A stretch of DNA of 64,000 nucleotides from Mobula hypostoma. Its lineage: Eukaryota. Both the position numbers and the translations under genes were made by a program. The notes under the pieces were generated by a model. That model made no database searches and had not been told where the DNA came from. It saw only the letters and a program-made list of their open reading frames with translations. This document shows positions 12,206 through 25,087 of the stretch, in pieces. The stretch covers positions 158,412,001 to 158,476,000 of the forward strand of contig NC_086097.1 of NCBI RefSeq assembly GCF_963921235.1, written 5' to 3'. Each line of letters opens with the position of its first letter. Position 1 is the stretch's first letter.

Positions 12206-14249
12206 GGAAAGCCGACTGTAGTTATGTTTTGCACTGTACTGCAACAGCTAAATTACAAATTTCACATCGTATAAATCAGCAATAGTGAACCTGATTCTGA
12301 TTATGATTCTGATAGGAGTGAACTAGATAGGTTTTCACAGTCAATTGATAACTACATGATGATAGTAGCTGATACCAGCTTTAAATACGGAATGTAAGTT
12401 CCTTGTTGCAGTTGGATTCAAACTCTTCCCTCCTGGAGTCCAGTCCTGGGATGATTGTCCAACTACTTAACTGCTCTGTGATCTACCCTGTTTATAAGTA
12501 TTAAATAAAAACAGATGGTAATCAGTAATGAGAAGGGAGAGGACAACTGGTTAAGTCCAGTCTTTTGGGAACTATTTGTAAAGTGGTATCACCAGCATGC
12601 AGCTGTGGTACGTAGTTGGTATACAAACACCATGGTGCAAGAACAGAGCTGTGGACCAAACTGTAGATTGGTGGATTAATACCATCTGACATTAGCTGAC
12701 CACATTCTTTTAGAAACCTCTTAAGTTGCAATTAAACACTTTATAATGTGTATTCTTGAAGAAAAAAATAAGAAATGATAGTAATTGCAGCAGCAAAAGG
12801 AAAGAAAATATGCATTATTTCACAAAGCAAATATAGACCTTGATGGTGATTAGAGCTTGCCTCTTATGTACACTTTAATTTCTGGATGAAGAGTTAATGT
12901 GCTATTAGATTAATGTACATCTGTAGAAACCTTCAAGGAGGATCTGCATATGCTTTCTGGCAGGGTGCTGTAATAATCTTAGCATGGACTCTGCAGCCGA
13001 TGGAATAAATTGCAATTAATTTTAACTTGGTTATGATGAAGCATACTGCTACTGGTTTTTGACATTAAATAATAATAAAGATGTCTAAAGACTGTTGGTA
13101 ATGCTTTGTGAAACACAAGATCCACCCACCACCCATGATGCTCATAGTCTTCACCCTGAATGGATCTATACCCTTTGAGGAAGGCAATTTGACTTTCATA
13201 TCTCCTCACTTCTGTCTCTGCAGGAGGTTAATGAATGATTTTAAGGAAATCAGCACAGGATCTTCCTTTACTAATTTAATGAGTAAGATGCCATGATTGT
13301 ACAATGTAGAACAGGAACAGGATATCAGGCCAAGTACAGCATTTTAGTATCATTTCAAGTGCGGATTCTATGGGTTTTATAAATGTTTGCTCATTCCTGA
13401 TACTTGCAGCTCCTCCTTCATGACTTGAAGTCACTGTCTGTGACTGTTGTATTTATTTACCAGTCTTCCCTGCCGGATTGCAGATCAATCCAGTGACAGT
13501 TTCTTATGTATAAATCTGGCTGTGTGGGGTGTCAACGATATCTATCTGTGTTGTGCCAAGCCCAAAGCTGTAATCACACAACAGCAGTTGGACGGCACTT
13601 TCCAATGTGAATCATTGTGTTACGATCAGAAATGGGAATAAATTCTGATTTTCACATTGGACCCTCATAGTCTTGGCTATTTTTGAGCAGTAGTTCTTGA
13701 CTGTTGTCTGAGGACTTGGAACACAGAAAAGGTCTTTCAACCCATATCTGTGCCGATTGCAATGCCAAATGAAACTACTCCCATCTGCCTGCACACTCAT
13801 ATCCCTCCATTCTCTGTATGTTCATGAGTCTGTCTGAATACCTCTTAAATGCCACTATCTTTTTTCTTTACCATTACTGCTGGCAGTCTATTCCAGGCAA
13901 CTATGTTCTGTAATTAAAAAAAAAGTTAACCCAAACATCTCCTTTAAACTTCTTTCCCCTCTCACTTTAATGTTAGGCCATTCTTGTGGTCATTATGAAA
14001 GACATGCTTACGTTTAGTAAATCGTGATTTCTGGACAGATGATGCAGATTGACTCGATTTTGAAATGTTAACAAGAAAATGAGAACAACGGTGACATGGA
14101 AGTGAGCACAGTCAAGTAAGTCTCACGCGTAATTGAGAAAGCAACAAGCAGTGTATCTTTTGAAAAAACAGATTGACTTTTGGGGGTGAAATTTCAAGAC
14201 AGTAGAATAACTCAGAAAGTGAAAGAAAAATGACAATGCTAAAAAAAAA

Positions 14250-14432
14250 TAGCAGGTCAGGCACTCTCCATGGGAAGATACACAGTTAACATTTCAGATT
14301 CAGGGCCCTCCATCAGAATTGATTCTGCATTTCTCATAGTGTCACGGTTCTGATGAAGGATCTTTTTCACAGATTCTTCTTGATCTGCTGGGTTTTTGCA
14401 ACATTTTCTATTTTTAGTTTGGATTTTTAGTG
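14250..14432. mobile_element. Old fold-back PLE-terminus derivative
   Basis: agcaggtcaggca...catcagaa / ttctgatgaagg...tgatctgctg. Confidence 0.55.
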
Positions 14433-15949
14433 TCAGCGGTTTAGGTTCATTTTCATTTACTGCAGGGACAGAATTGGTTGTTGCTGAAATGGAGTTGGGG
14501 GCTTGGTAAGAGGGTGGATGGTGACAGCAGGGGTCTGGGCTTGGTGGGAATCCAAGCTAAGTGAGCATAAGCTTCTTTACGAACATGAAAAGTGTATGAC
14601 ATCTTGTCAGAAGAATAAGTAGCAGTCTCTTCAGCCACACTGTCAGTTCTTACTGGTCTATGTGTGAAGTTCTTTTTATACGCATAACTATCTTTCCACT
14701 TTTGCCTGTGATCATCCATTTGAAATTTATTGGGAGACTGTGACAAGCACACAAACTTTCTATCCTATAAAAGCATGTTTACTGCAAGCTTCTGTTGTTG
14801 AAGACAAGTTTCTTTTTTCCCCCTGTCTTGCTATTGCATGCTTGACTCACTATTACACGATCTATTAAAAAAAGGGAAAAAATAATTGTGAATATACAGA
14901 AAAACTCCTCCATTTGGGTAGATTTTTAGTCTGTTGACATTTTTCATCTTAACATTTGTTTCATTGGGCCCTCAATCCAATGGAGTAGTTTAAAAACCAA
15001 CAGCTGTAAGCTAACAGCAGTGGTGTTATGCAACCAGTGTTCGATAATTTTACTAGGAAACATAAAATATGGAATAAAGTCTCATGAAATTTAATGATAT
15101 GAAACAGGATCAAAAGACTGAAGTTGAGAATTAGAAAAAAAAAATTAGTTATCCAAACAGTATATTCCTTGCTGATTTTTCTCCATGTTAGAATGTATTT
15201 GCATTAGGAACATAAACGTACTTTGGTTTGATCAAGCTAACAAAGCACAATTTGTTTAGAATACATTTTCTTTGAATTATATCATAGTTCAATAAAAATA
15301 ATATTACACCCATGGGTGAAGCTAGATTAGAATCTGTCAAGCATATTTATGCAGTACCAGAATAGAGTGGAGGAGCAGAATAATGTACATGTGGAAATTG
15401 AGGGTGAAAAGTTGGTTATTGCCCTTCGATGAATCAGATCTGCTTGATGGCTTCCACGGCTCTGCCGATTTTCATGATCCAAAGATTCTTTGTGGAAATG
15501 TGTGCTGTTAAATTTTCCAGCAGGTGTTCGGGAAAGAATGACAAACATCGAATAAATGACCACTTATCATAGTCCCCAATGTACTACACCTGTATCTTGG
15601 CAAGTAGTCCCAGCAATGAGCAGCTGGAGTATCAATTATACCTTCCTAATGGGCTGATTTGGAGTGTCATATGCTGTAATGTTTATCTAATTGACATAAC
15701 TGTTTGCTAAATAGTATCAAAATGCACTTAATTACAAGATTAACATGAAGTTGCACCCCAGTGTACTGCAGCTGACTTTCTAATGTTGAATGTCAGGGAG
15801 ATGAGGGTGTCACACCACATTAAAAAAATGATGATTGAAGGAAACATGTACGTAGCACATCAGATGAAGTGTTTTTGTCTGTAGATTATTGGAGTTAGTT
15901 CAGCTCCATGTATCTGGAGCAACCCAGGCCAAATACATTAAATCAAATA

Positions 15950-16101
15950 CAGGTCGACCTTCACTAATCTGGCACCATTGGGACCTGAGGAGTGCCGGAT
16001 TAGTGAAAATGCCGAATTATAGAAGGATCACATTAAGCATATCAGTGCCGGATTATTGAAGGAACCGGATTACAGATAGTCAGATTAGTGAAGGTCAACT
16101 G
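15950..16101. mobile_element. Short Tc1/mariner-superfamily (pogo-like) MITE
   Basis: TIR caggtcgaccttcactaatc / gattagtgaaggtcaactg; second copy at 42713-42853. Confidence 0.8.
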
Positions 16102-16534
16102 TTCCAGTTTGTGAGGCTTCTGCATAGACCCTATATTGTCGGAGGATTCACTCTGTGCTTAGCTTTTGGAAACAGACCATGGTGGGACAGGGGAGCATGC
16201 TTCCTCTAATGCCCTGCCCTTCCCTCTGTCTTGATAAATGCATTAGCCCCGATGTTACTGGAATTGAATAATAAGTGGGAGAGCCTGGTCAGGAACAACG
16301 GCCTCAAACAGAGGAGGAATTAGAAAGCCACAATGCATATGTTTTGATTTTGATATTTTAATGATAATTGCTTGCTAACAGTGGACACAAATAATTACTG
16401 ACTGAAGATAGGGCCAATGCTCCTCTGAATAGTCCTTGGTTGTTTCTTTTACACAGTAGGTTGTAATGATCTGAAATACATGATTCAAAATCTGATGGGC
16501 ATAGATTCAGGAGTGGCTTTCAAAAAAGAAATGG

Positions 16535-17030
16535 CAGCACCCATCATGAGGGACCTCCCCCGCCATCACCTAGGATATGCCTTCTTCTCATTGCTACCAT
16601 CAAGGAGGAGGTAGAGGAGACTGAAGACACATTCTCAACATTTCACAATCAGCTTCTTCCCCTCTATCTCCAGATTTCTGAATGGACAACAAATCTATAA
16701 ACACTACCTCACAAACAAGAGAAAATCTGCAGATGATGGAAATCCAAGCAACATGTGCAAAATGCTGGAGGAACTCAGCAGGCCAGGCAGCATCTATGGA
16801 AAAAAAGTGCAGTTGACGTTTCGGCCCAAAACGTTGACTGTACTTTTTTCCATGAACACTACCTCACTTCTTTTTCTTTTTTTCCATTACTTATTTAATT
16901 TATTTTTTTAAAAATTATGCTCATTGTAATTTATAGTTTTTTTTATTATTATGCATTGCAATGTACTGCTGCCACATAACAACAAATTTAACAATATATG
17001 CCAGTAATGTTAAATTTGATTCTGATTCTG
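16535..17030 (+). mobile_element. Rex1/Babar-like LINE 3' end
   Basis: FSLLPSRRR-type C-terminus and 3' UTR ending gattctgattct. Confidence 0.75.
16713..16854 (-). mobile_element. 142-bp PLE-terminus insertion with a terminal hairpin
   Basis: TSD aacactacctcac (16700-16712 and 16855-16867); hairpin atggaaaaaaagtgcagttgacgttt/aaacgttgactgtacttttttccat. Confidence 0.85.
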
Positions 17031-18764
17031 CTAAGCACTTAATGTTGGAAAAATATACAAAGCTGTCAGGAAAGATGAGAGGTTTACTGGGTTATTCTAC
17101 AAATGATCTAATGAAGAGTTTCAGACCTGAAATATTAACTTTATTTCTCTTCCTGCAGATCCTACCTGGCCTGCTGAGTGTTTTTTGCATTTTCTGTTTT
17201 TATTTCCAATTTGCGGTGACTGTAGTTTTTATTTCACTTTATTTATTTATTTATTTGTTGCTCTCCTTTGAGCTCACATAATGCAATAGGTCAAACAGCT
17301 TCCTTCTATGCTAGTTTGATGCAACTTTTCGAGAAAAAGAAGAAATTACAAGTAAATGGATTACAGTTAGGAAAGCTAAACAGGAGAGACATATTGTAAA
17401 TCTAACAATCCCCACGTCTTTGTTTCCATAGTTATTCTTTTCTGATGAAATGTACACCCACACAGGCAGATGGAATTAAATGGCAAGAAGTGTGATCTGA
17501 TGCATCTTGGAATGGAGAATAAGGAGAGGCAACAATTTAGAAATGGATACAGAGGTCTGAAAAGTATCTACTGTAATCTGTGAAGATGGTGAGACAAATT
17601 GTTACTCAATGAAAAAGCAGGACAAAATTCTTGGTTTTATTTGTACAAGTATGGAATACAAAAATACAAAAGCACTAGGTCCTTTTTCAAAAGTAAGGCA
17701 TTTATACTTCCCTTCAAAAAACAGTGGGTTAGGCTTAAACTAAAGCATTACATCCATTTTAATGTGCCACATTTCAGGAAATATGCCAATACTCTATAGA
17801 GGGTTCCGAAATGTTTCTTCAATCTCCATCTTCAAAAACACTTCACAGGCTCTTAAGCACTTTGTGATATTCTGAGGAAGACAAATTTGTCTTCTTTTAT
17901 GAAGATCTTTAATCAAGAGGAGACAGTAGATAGGCTCATATTTCTTGGCAGACAAGGTGAAAGGAAATTTAATCATAGTGTTAAAAGCTATGAAGAGTTT
18001 GAAGTTTAAAGAGAAATTGATTCCACTGACCACAGGCTTAGAACCAGATCTAAGTTAAATGATTAAATAATCAAAAAGGGGAATGAAAAGAATTGTTTTA
18101 TGTAATGAGCTATTATGATCTGTGTTTCACAGCATTAAAGCATAGAAGCAATTCCATAGTTACTCTCAAAATGAATTGGATAGATCTTCAAAATAAAAAC
18201 ATACGTAGAATAATGGAGAAAAATTGCTGTGTGCACCCAATTTGAAATATCTTTCAATGATTTGAACCTGATGGATACTCCCTTCTGTGCTGCATGATTC
18301 TGTGAATTACAAGTTTCAAAGTCAGTGCAGTTTAACAGTGATTTTGCCAAAATACGTATACCAAATACCCCAAATAATGGGTTCTCTAAGAACAAGGATA
18401 TTGTAAAAGTAAAGGGAAAATCTCTTCAGTTTTAATGGTTGTATGATGCTGCTCAATGCAAAAACGATCTGAAGAAAGAAAACTGCCTAAAGGCAGCAGT
18501 TTTTGTCCAAGTTTACCCATTGCTTAAATGTTGTGCATAGTGATTCTTTGTGCAGTGGGATAAAGTTCTGTATGGCCTTCATATCTTATAACCTGTTGGT
18601 GTCACCTTTTCCCTGATTTTCTTTCAAAAAAATTACTATTAAATTTTGGAATTGAACAATTGACATTAGGATGGAGACTGAAACATTTAGTGTTCAATGT
18701 TCAAAATTTCAAATTATTTTTATTGGCAAAGTACATGTACTTTAGCATATACTACATTGTCTTG

Positions 18765-19530
18765 CAAGTGTGAGGTGTTTTGCCTTGGGAGAACAGATTA
18801 TGGTAGGGCTTATACAGTGAATGGTAGAACACTGAAGAGTGTGGTCAAACAAAGGGATCTGGGAATACAGATACATAATTTTTTGAAAGTGGAGTCACAG
18901 GTAGATAGGGTCATAAAGAGTGTTTTTGGTGCATTGGCATTCATGAATCGGAGTATTGAGTATGGGAGTTCGGATGTTATATTGAAGTTGTATAAGACAT
19001 TGGTGAGGTCTAATTTGGAACATTATGTGCTGTTCTGGTCAACAACTTACAGGAAAGATGTTAATTAAGATTAAAGGAGAACGGGGAAAATTTATACGGT
19101 TGCTTCTGGGACTTGAGGACCTTAGTTATCAGGAAAGATTGCAAGTTAGGACATCAGTCCATGGAGCATAGGAGAATAAGGGGAGATTTGAAAGAAGTAT
19201 ACAACATTATGAGGGATATAGATTGCTAAATGTAAGCAAGTTTTTATTTCCATTGAGATTGGGTGAGAAGAGAATTAGAGATTAGAGGTTAAGGCTGAAA
19301 GGTGAAATATTTAAAGGGACCCTGAGGGGGGGGCTTCTTCACTCAGAGGATGGTGCGAGTGTGGAACAAGCTGCCTGTGGAAGTGGTGGATGTGGATTCA
19401 ACTGTAACATTTAAGGGAAGTTTGGAAAATTGCATGGAAGGGAGGAGTATGGAGGGCTATAGCCCATTTTTGTGTTGATGGGATTAGGCATAATAACAGT
19501 TCATGATGGACCGTAGCACTTTGTCACTCT
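18765..19530 (+). mobile_element. CR1 LINE 3' fragment
   Basis: KCEVFCLG..RDLGIQIH..LYKTLVRSNLEHYVLFWS. Confidence 0.88.
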
Positions 19531-20284
19531 ATGTGCAAATAAAAAAAACAGAAAACAAATCATGTGGTGATGGCTGATTTTAATTTACTGCTCATTGTCT
19601 AATTGAACTGTATCAGGCTGCAGAAAAAAGCAGTTCATTGCTGTTGACAAGTTATGCAACAGGTGAGATGTACTTTTGGCCAGGAGCAAGGCTGAGTTTT
19701 CCTTAACTCTCATCATGATTCATCTTTATTGCGATTTATTGTGTGTTTCCATGTACATTAAGTGACAACATAATCACAGAGGTAGCTGCAAGCACACAAC
19801 TACCTATTCCTGAAGTAAGGGTATCAGGCATGTAGTGTTTGTTTTAAAAGCCACTAAATAGACAGCAGTCAAGTCTGTTTAAGACTACTGAGGGAGTTAT
19901 ATATTCTGATTGCCTTTGTATCCAAAGTGATGGTACTGACAGCAATGGAGAATTTTTGGAATTTTCTATTTTGAAGCTGCTATATATTTTCACTCTGCTC
20001 TGATAAATTTACTCTTTCTCTTGAAATAATAACCATGCTCATTCTTTATGATACATTTCCATTTCTGGAAGGTGGTATCGCTAACATGCTTGCTTTCAGA
20101 GGGTCCTCTGCCACCAGGAAAGACCAGAGCCAAGGCTGAATAGGACAACAACACTTGTATATTCCTGTCCAATTTGCAAAGCTTTGAAATGTATTGTTAT
20201 TTTTTTCATCATTGGTGGGTTTAAATCCTGGAAACTTCTACCCGACAGTAATCTTAGTAATCTCCTAAGGTAGTGCCAGATCAC

Positions 20285-21430
20285 TGTAGGGTGGCAATTG
20301 TTATTTCTTTTTTCAAGGAAGGGAGTAGAAATAACCCTGGGAATGAAAGACCAGTGAGTCTTACTCAGTGGTGGAGAGAATTTTTAGAGACAGAATTTAC
20401 GAATATTTGGAGAAGCATAGGCTGATTAGGTATATTCAGCATGGCTTTGTGAGGGTCAGGGCATGCCTCATGAACTTAAGTGAATGCTTTGAGGATGTGA
20501 CAAAGTGCATTGAAGGTTCAGCAATGAATGTCATGTATATGGATTTCAGTGAGGCATTTGCTAAGGTTCTCCATTGTAGGCACATTCAGAAAGTGAGGAA
20601 GCATGGGGTCCAGGGAAACTTGTTTGTGTGGTACAGAATTTGCTTGCGCATTGAAGGCAGAGAGTGGCAGTTGGTGGATTGTATTCTACCTGGAGGTCAG
20701 TGACCAGTGGTGTTCCGCAGGAATCTGTTCTGGGATGCCTGTTTTTTGTGATTTTTATAAGTGACTTGGATGAAGAAGTGGAAGGGGGTTTAGTAAATTT
20801 GCAGATGAGTTGAAGGTTGGTGGATTTGCAGATAGTGTGGAGGGTTGTTGCACCATAGGTTGCAATGGGACATTGACAGGGTGCAAAACTGGCCTGAGAA
20901 GTGGCAAATAGAGTTAAAGCCAGAAAAATGTGAAGTGATTAATTTTGGAAGAATGTGCGAGCTTTAGAGAGGATATGGAGGAGATTTACCAAGATGCTGC
21001 CTGGACTGGAGAGTATGTCTACTGAAGAAAGTTTGAAGGAGCTAGAGGTTTTCTTTTTGGAGTGAAGGGGGATGAACAGTGGCTTGGTAAAGGTATACAA
21101 GATGACACTAAGAGTGCCTAGCCAGAATCTTTTTCCCAGGATGGATGTGGCTAATAGAAAAAAACATAATTTTAATGTTTTTGGAGGTAATTATAGGGCG
21201 GGGATGTTAGAGGTAAGTTCTTTATACAAGGACTGGTGGGTGTGCAGAATGCCCTGCCAGGGGTGGTGCTAGAGGCAGATACATTATGGATATTTATGGA
21301 ACTCTTAGATAGGCACATGGCTGATATAAAACTGGAGGGCTCTGTAGAAGAGAAGGGTTAGATTGAAAGATCAGTACCACATTTTGGGCTGAAGGGCCTG
21401 TACTATGCTGTAATGGTCTATGTTCACTAT
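20285..21430 (+). mobile_element. CR1 LINE RT fragment with an internal deletion
   Basis: [37 protein letters not shown]1 tail gggctgaagggcctgtactatgctg. Confidence 0.88.
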
Positions 21431-22616
21431 TCTATCTCCTGCCTCAACCAGAAGAACTGCAGCAAATGAGGAAAGTATTTTACTACCACCTTCTGAAGGG
21501 CATTTGCTGGTGATGCTGCATCTGAAATACTGAATAAAAGGAGGACATTTGGGAGGGTAGGAGTAAAGTAATCGGAACGGATACAAGATTAACATAGAGA
21601 CTAGCCTGGTATGGATCCCAGGTTGGTGCAGGAGTCTTTGGAGTCTCCAATGATGGATGCATTGCTCTTAGGACAGTGAGCTAATGTTTTAGCCCAGTTT
21701 ACTAAGTGGCTTATTTGATACAGAAAAGCTCACAATCACACTTTATTGCTGAAAAGAACAAAAACAAAGGCCTTATTGAAAATGGCCATTCATCCTGATT
21801 ACTGTGTAGATCAATATGCAGTAAGTGTCAGTTATTGAATTTATTTTGAAAGATGTTGCTTTAATCAAACAAAAATAGTCTTAGATGTTTTTCAAAGTTA
21901 TCTAATTTACTGCAGCTCCTTTTGAATCTGTTAATCTTCGGTTTATTTATCTGTCTACCTATCTATCTATTTATTTATTTAGAAATTTTTGAAAACTCTT
22001 TAAAAGTACCTGGATATTCCCTCAATAAGCTTTTGTAACAGCTTTGTTTAAGACCTAGCCTTTCCCTTTGCTATACAGAGCATGTTTTACAATGATTGAA
22101 ATGTTATGCAAATGAACACGTTTAGAATTTGGCAGCACTTTTTCTTAGCTTGTGTCATTGTTACTTGTTTACTTCTCTGTGGTTCTGAGTCTGGATTACC
22201 TTCAGTAGACATGTAAAGGTACTGGGAAGATATCACCAAGCCTTTTTTGTAAAATTCTTCAAATTCACAGAAAACCTACCAAACCAATGACAGGCTGATA
22301 CCCATGCTGTTACAGTTGAATAAACTCTATTCAACTCAGTTGGCTACAGAGGGCAGGCCATGTAACTTGCAAGCCCAATACCAGATTATTATGAGTTCTG
22401 TCACAGGAAATTACCAGAGAAAAGAGAAACTATGTCACAGATGTGTTTGAAGACTCCTTAAAAAGTGGCAGCATTGCCATTGACTCTTGTGAATCTCTGA
22501 TCCATGACTGCTCAAAGTGGAGAAGGAACATTTGGCATAGTATTAAGTACTGCTAGTTTGTGTCTTGACAGCTTAGAGAAGTCCAGTGTAAGACATGGAA
22601 TGAATTTTTAAAAAAT

Positions 22617-22870
22617 TACAAATGCTGGGAATCTGAACTGAATACAAAATCTGAATTTGAACTGGAAACACAGCATATCAGGCGGCATCTCTGGAAAGAG
22701 GAACAAATTTAACCTTCAGACTGACGACTAATCCTCAGAACTGGGAATGCTTTTACCTCTGGTTTCTCTCTTCCCTAGGTTCTAATAAAGATTTCTTGAC
22801 CTGAAATGGTAACTGCTTTTCTCTGTCCTCAGGTGCTGCCTGACTTGCTGAGTGTTTTGAGCATGTTCTT
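22617..22870. mobile_element. Old fold-back PLE-terminus derivative
   Basis: cagcatatcaggcggcatct / aggtgctgcctgacttgctg arms. Confidence 0.55.
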
Positions 22871-23704
22871 CTGTGTATTATATGAGCAGCTGCTTCTTCT
22901 TATTAGAAGAACAGTGGTGGAAATGTATAAATGACTCACCTGCTCACCCTATCAGGCACGTCCTGACCTGTCTGTGAAAGCATCTGCAAAAAGTATCTGC
23001 ACTCAGAATTGCTGCAGAATTCATAAAACTGGTGTGGAAAGAAGTCACCCTTAATCCAAATGATGACAAAGAAGAAGATAAAGATGAGGATAAAGATGAT
23101 TCCCATATTCTGAGATTTATGCGATTATTGGACTGTTCTTTATTTTGCTTTCATTCTGCTTTTCTTGCTTTCTTTCTTGTGGACGGTGGGCAGGTAGCTG
23201 ATCTGTTAATTTTTGTGTGTGGGGGGTGTTGGGAGCTTGGTGCTACTGTCACTGTGCTTTTCTGCAAGTGAGAGGGTTAACGACTGTGATTGTGGCAGTT
23301 TTTTGCTGCAGGAAGGGTGGAATTTTTGGGCTCTGTGAGGTTTGTTTGTTTCCTTTTTCATGCGGGGGGAGTTGATGTCTTTTCTCTCATCAACACTCAT
23401 GGTCTTTTGGTATTTAATGGCCATCTGGAGAAAACAAATATCGGAATTGTATTGTACATGCATACTTTGGCAATAAAATGAACCTTTAAAATGAACCTTT
23501 TAATATCCCAACCAAATTACTGCTGCTTTAGGGCAAATAAATGCATATATAATAGTGCTCTCTTTAATTTATGTAGATTGTATTGTTGTACCACAAGCTA
23601 TATCACAATAAGTGTAGAAGCTTGGAGACAAATTTGGGTCCTTTGGAGACAGGAAAATCTATAATGGGGAAAAAGGAGACGGCAGAAGAATTAAATGTAT
23701 ACAC

Positions 23705-23920
23705 TGAAAGATCAGGAGACACTGGAAATCTTGAGCTACACACACAACTCAGCAAGTCAGGTAGCAGATATGGAGGGGAATAAACAGTGGACATTTCAGC
23801 CCAAGACCCTTCATCCAGACTGGAAAGGAAAGGTGCAGAAGCAAGAATAAGAAGATTAGGAAAAGGAAGCACAAGCTGGTAGGTAATAGGTGAGATAAAG
23901 TGAGGGGGGGAAAGTGTGTG
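23705..23920 (-). mobile_element. PLE pseudo-LTR fragment
   Basis: ctcagcaagtcaggtagca...gacatttcagcccaagacccttcatccagact (decayed hammerhead). Confidence 0.65.
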
Positions 23921-24129
23921 TTAACAACAACCTATTGAATCTTGAAAGGCTTAGATAGAGTGAATGTAGAGAGGATGTTTTCAGTGGGGGAGAGTCTGGG
24001 ACCAGAGGGCATAGCCTCACAGTTGAGGAACATGGCTCTAGAATGGAGATCACATTTTTTTTTTAACCGGAAGCTATCACCTACTACAGAGTGAAATCAA
24101 GTGGCATGGGAGACAGCAGGGCTTTGCTT

Positions 24130-24515
24130 CCAGATGAGCTCAATGCCTCCTATGCTTGCTTTGACCATTAGAACATGGAGGAACCATTGCAAAGCCCCAC
24201 ATCTTCCGACGATCCTCTGATCCTAGTATCTGAAGTTGATGTACAGGCTGCCTTCGGGAGGGTGAATCAACAAAAGCATCTGGACCCGATGGGGTACCTG
24301 GCCTTGTACTAAAGACTTGTGCTAACCAACTGGCTGGTGTGTTCACTGAGATCTTTAATCTCTCACTTTAGCAGTGTGTGGTGCCCACCTGCTTCAAGCA
24401 GGCTTCAGTTATATTGGCGACCTGCCCCAATGACTATCACATAGATGCACTTACATCCACAGTGATGAAGTGTTTTGAGAAGCTGGTGATGAAACATATC
24501 AGCTCCTGCATGAGA
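24130..24515 (+). mobile_element. Rex1/Babar-like RT fragment
   Basis: [49 protein letters not shown]. Confidence 0.85.
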
Positions 24516-25087
24516 GACGTAATGAGAGGGGTTAAGCTTGGTGAAATCTCATCTAGAATACAGTGTCATTATACATAAGGGATGATCTAACGGCCTTGGA
24601 ACAGTAGCAATGAAAGCTCACTAGATTGATTGCTGGGATGAGAGTGTTTTCCAGTGTGGAATGATTGAGAACTCTCTGGGGTTTATAAGAAACAAATAAA
24701 AGTCTTGAATTTATATTTCATGCACTCAGTTCACCGGAAAATGGTTTACAGCCAATTAAGTACTTCTGACTCACAATCACAGTTGTAATATAGAAAATGT
24801 CAAAGAACGAGAGATGATCTCTTGGAAACATATAAAATTTTCTGAGGAATCAACAGGGTAGAAGCTGCTTCTCATGTCCACAGTGATCAGAACAAGAAGT
24901 GATTGTCTCAGAATAAGAGGACTACCGGATGGGTCTAAGAGCAGAGAGTAGTTCTTCATCCAGTGAGTTAAAAAAAAAACTTGGGATTCTCTACTCTTTG
25001 AACACCAAGAGAATTAAGAATGAGGGGAGCAGGCAGGAAAGTGGACAATGTACAAGGTCAGGCTGTGGCTTGGAGGTATTAGATTAA

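Larger units (their letters stand above)
11468..12218. mobile_element. pogo/Tigger-type MITE (MER2-like), with the right TIR interrupted
   Basis: TA-cagtcgtccctccgtatcc ... ggataa[insert 12008-12205]ggaaagccgactg-TA. Confidence 0.85.
10455..12310 (+). mobile_element. Rex1/Babar-like LINE 3' fragment hosting nested SINE, MITE and tRNA-chimera insertions
   Basis: SKTKESIVDFRK, VKFLGVNV; the 3' UTR resumes at 12221 and ends aacctgattctgattatgattct. Confidence 0.8.

Noticed and set aside
23032..23120. Acidic DDKEEDKDEDKDD stretch as a host exon
   Set aside because: Low-complexity (gat/gaa) repeat without convincing splice sites or syntaxin similarity.
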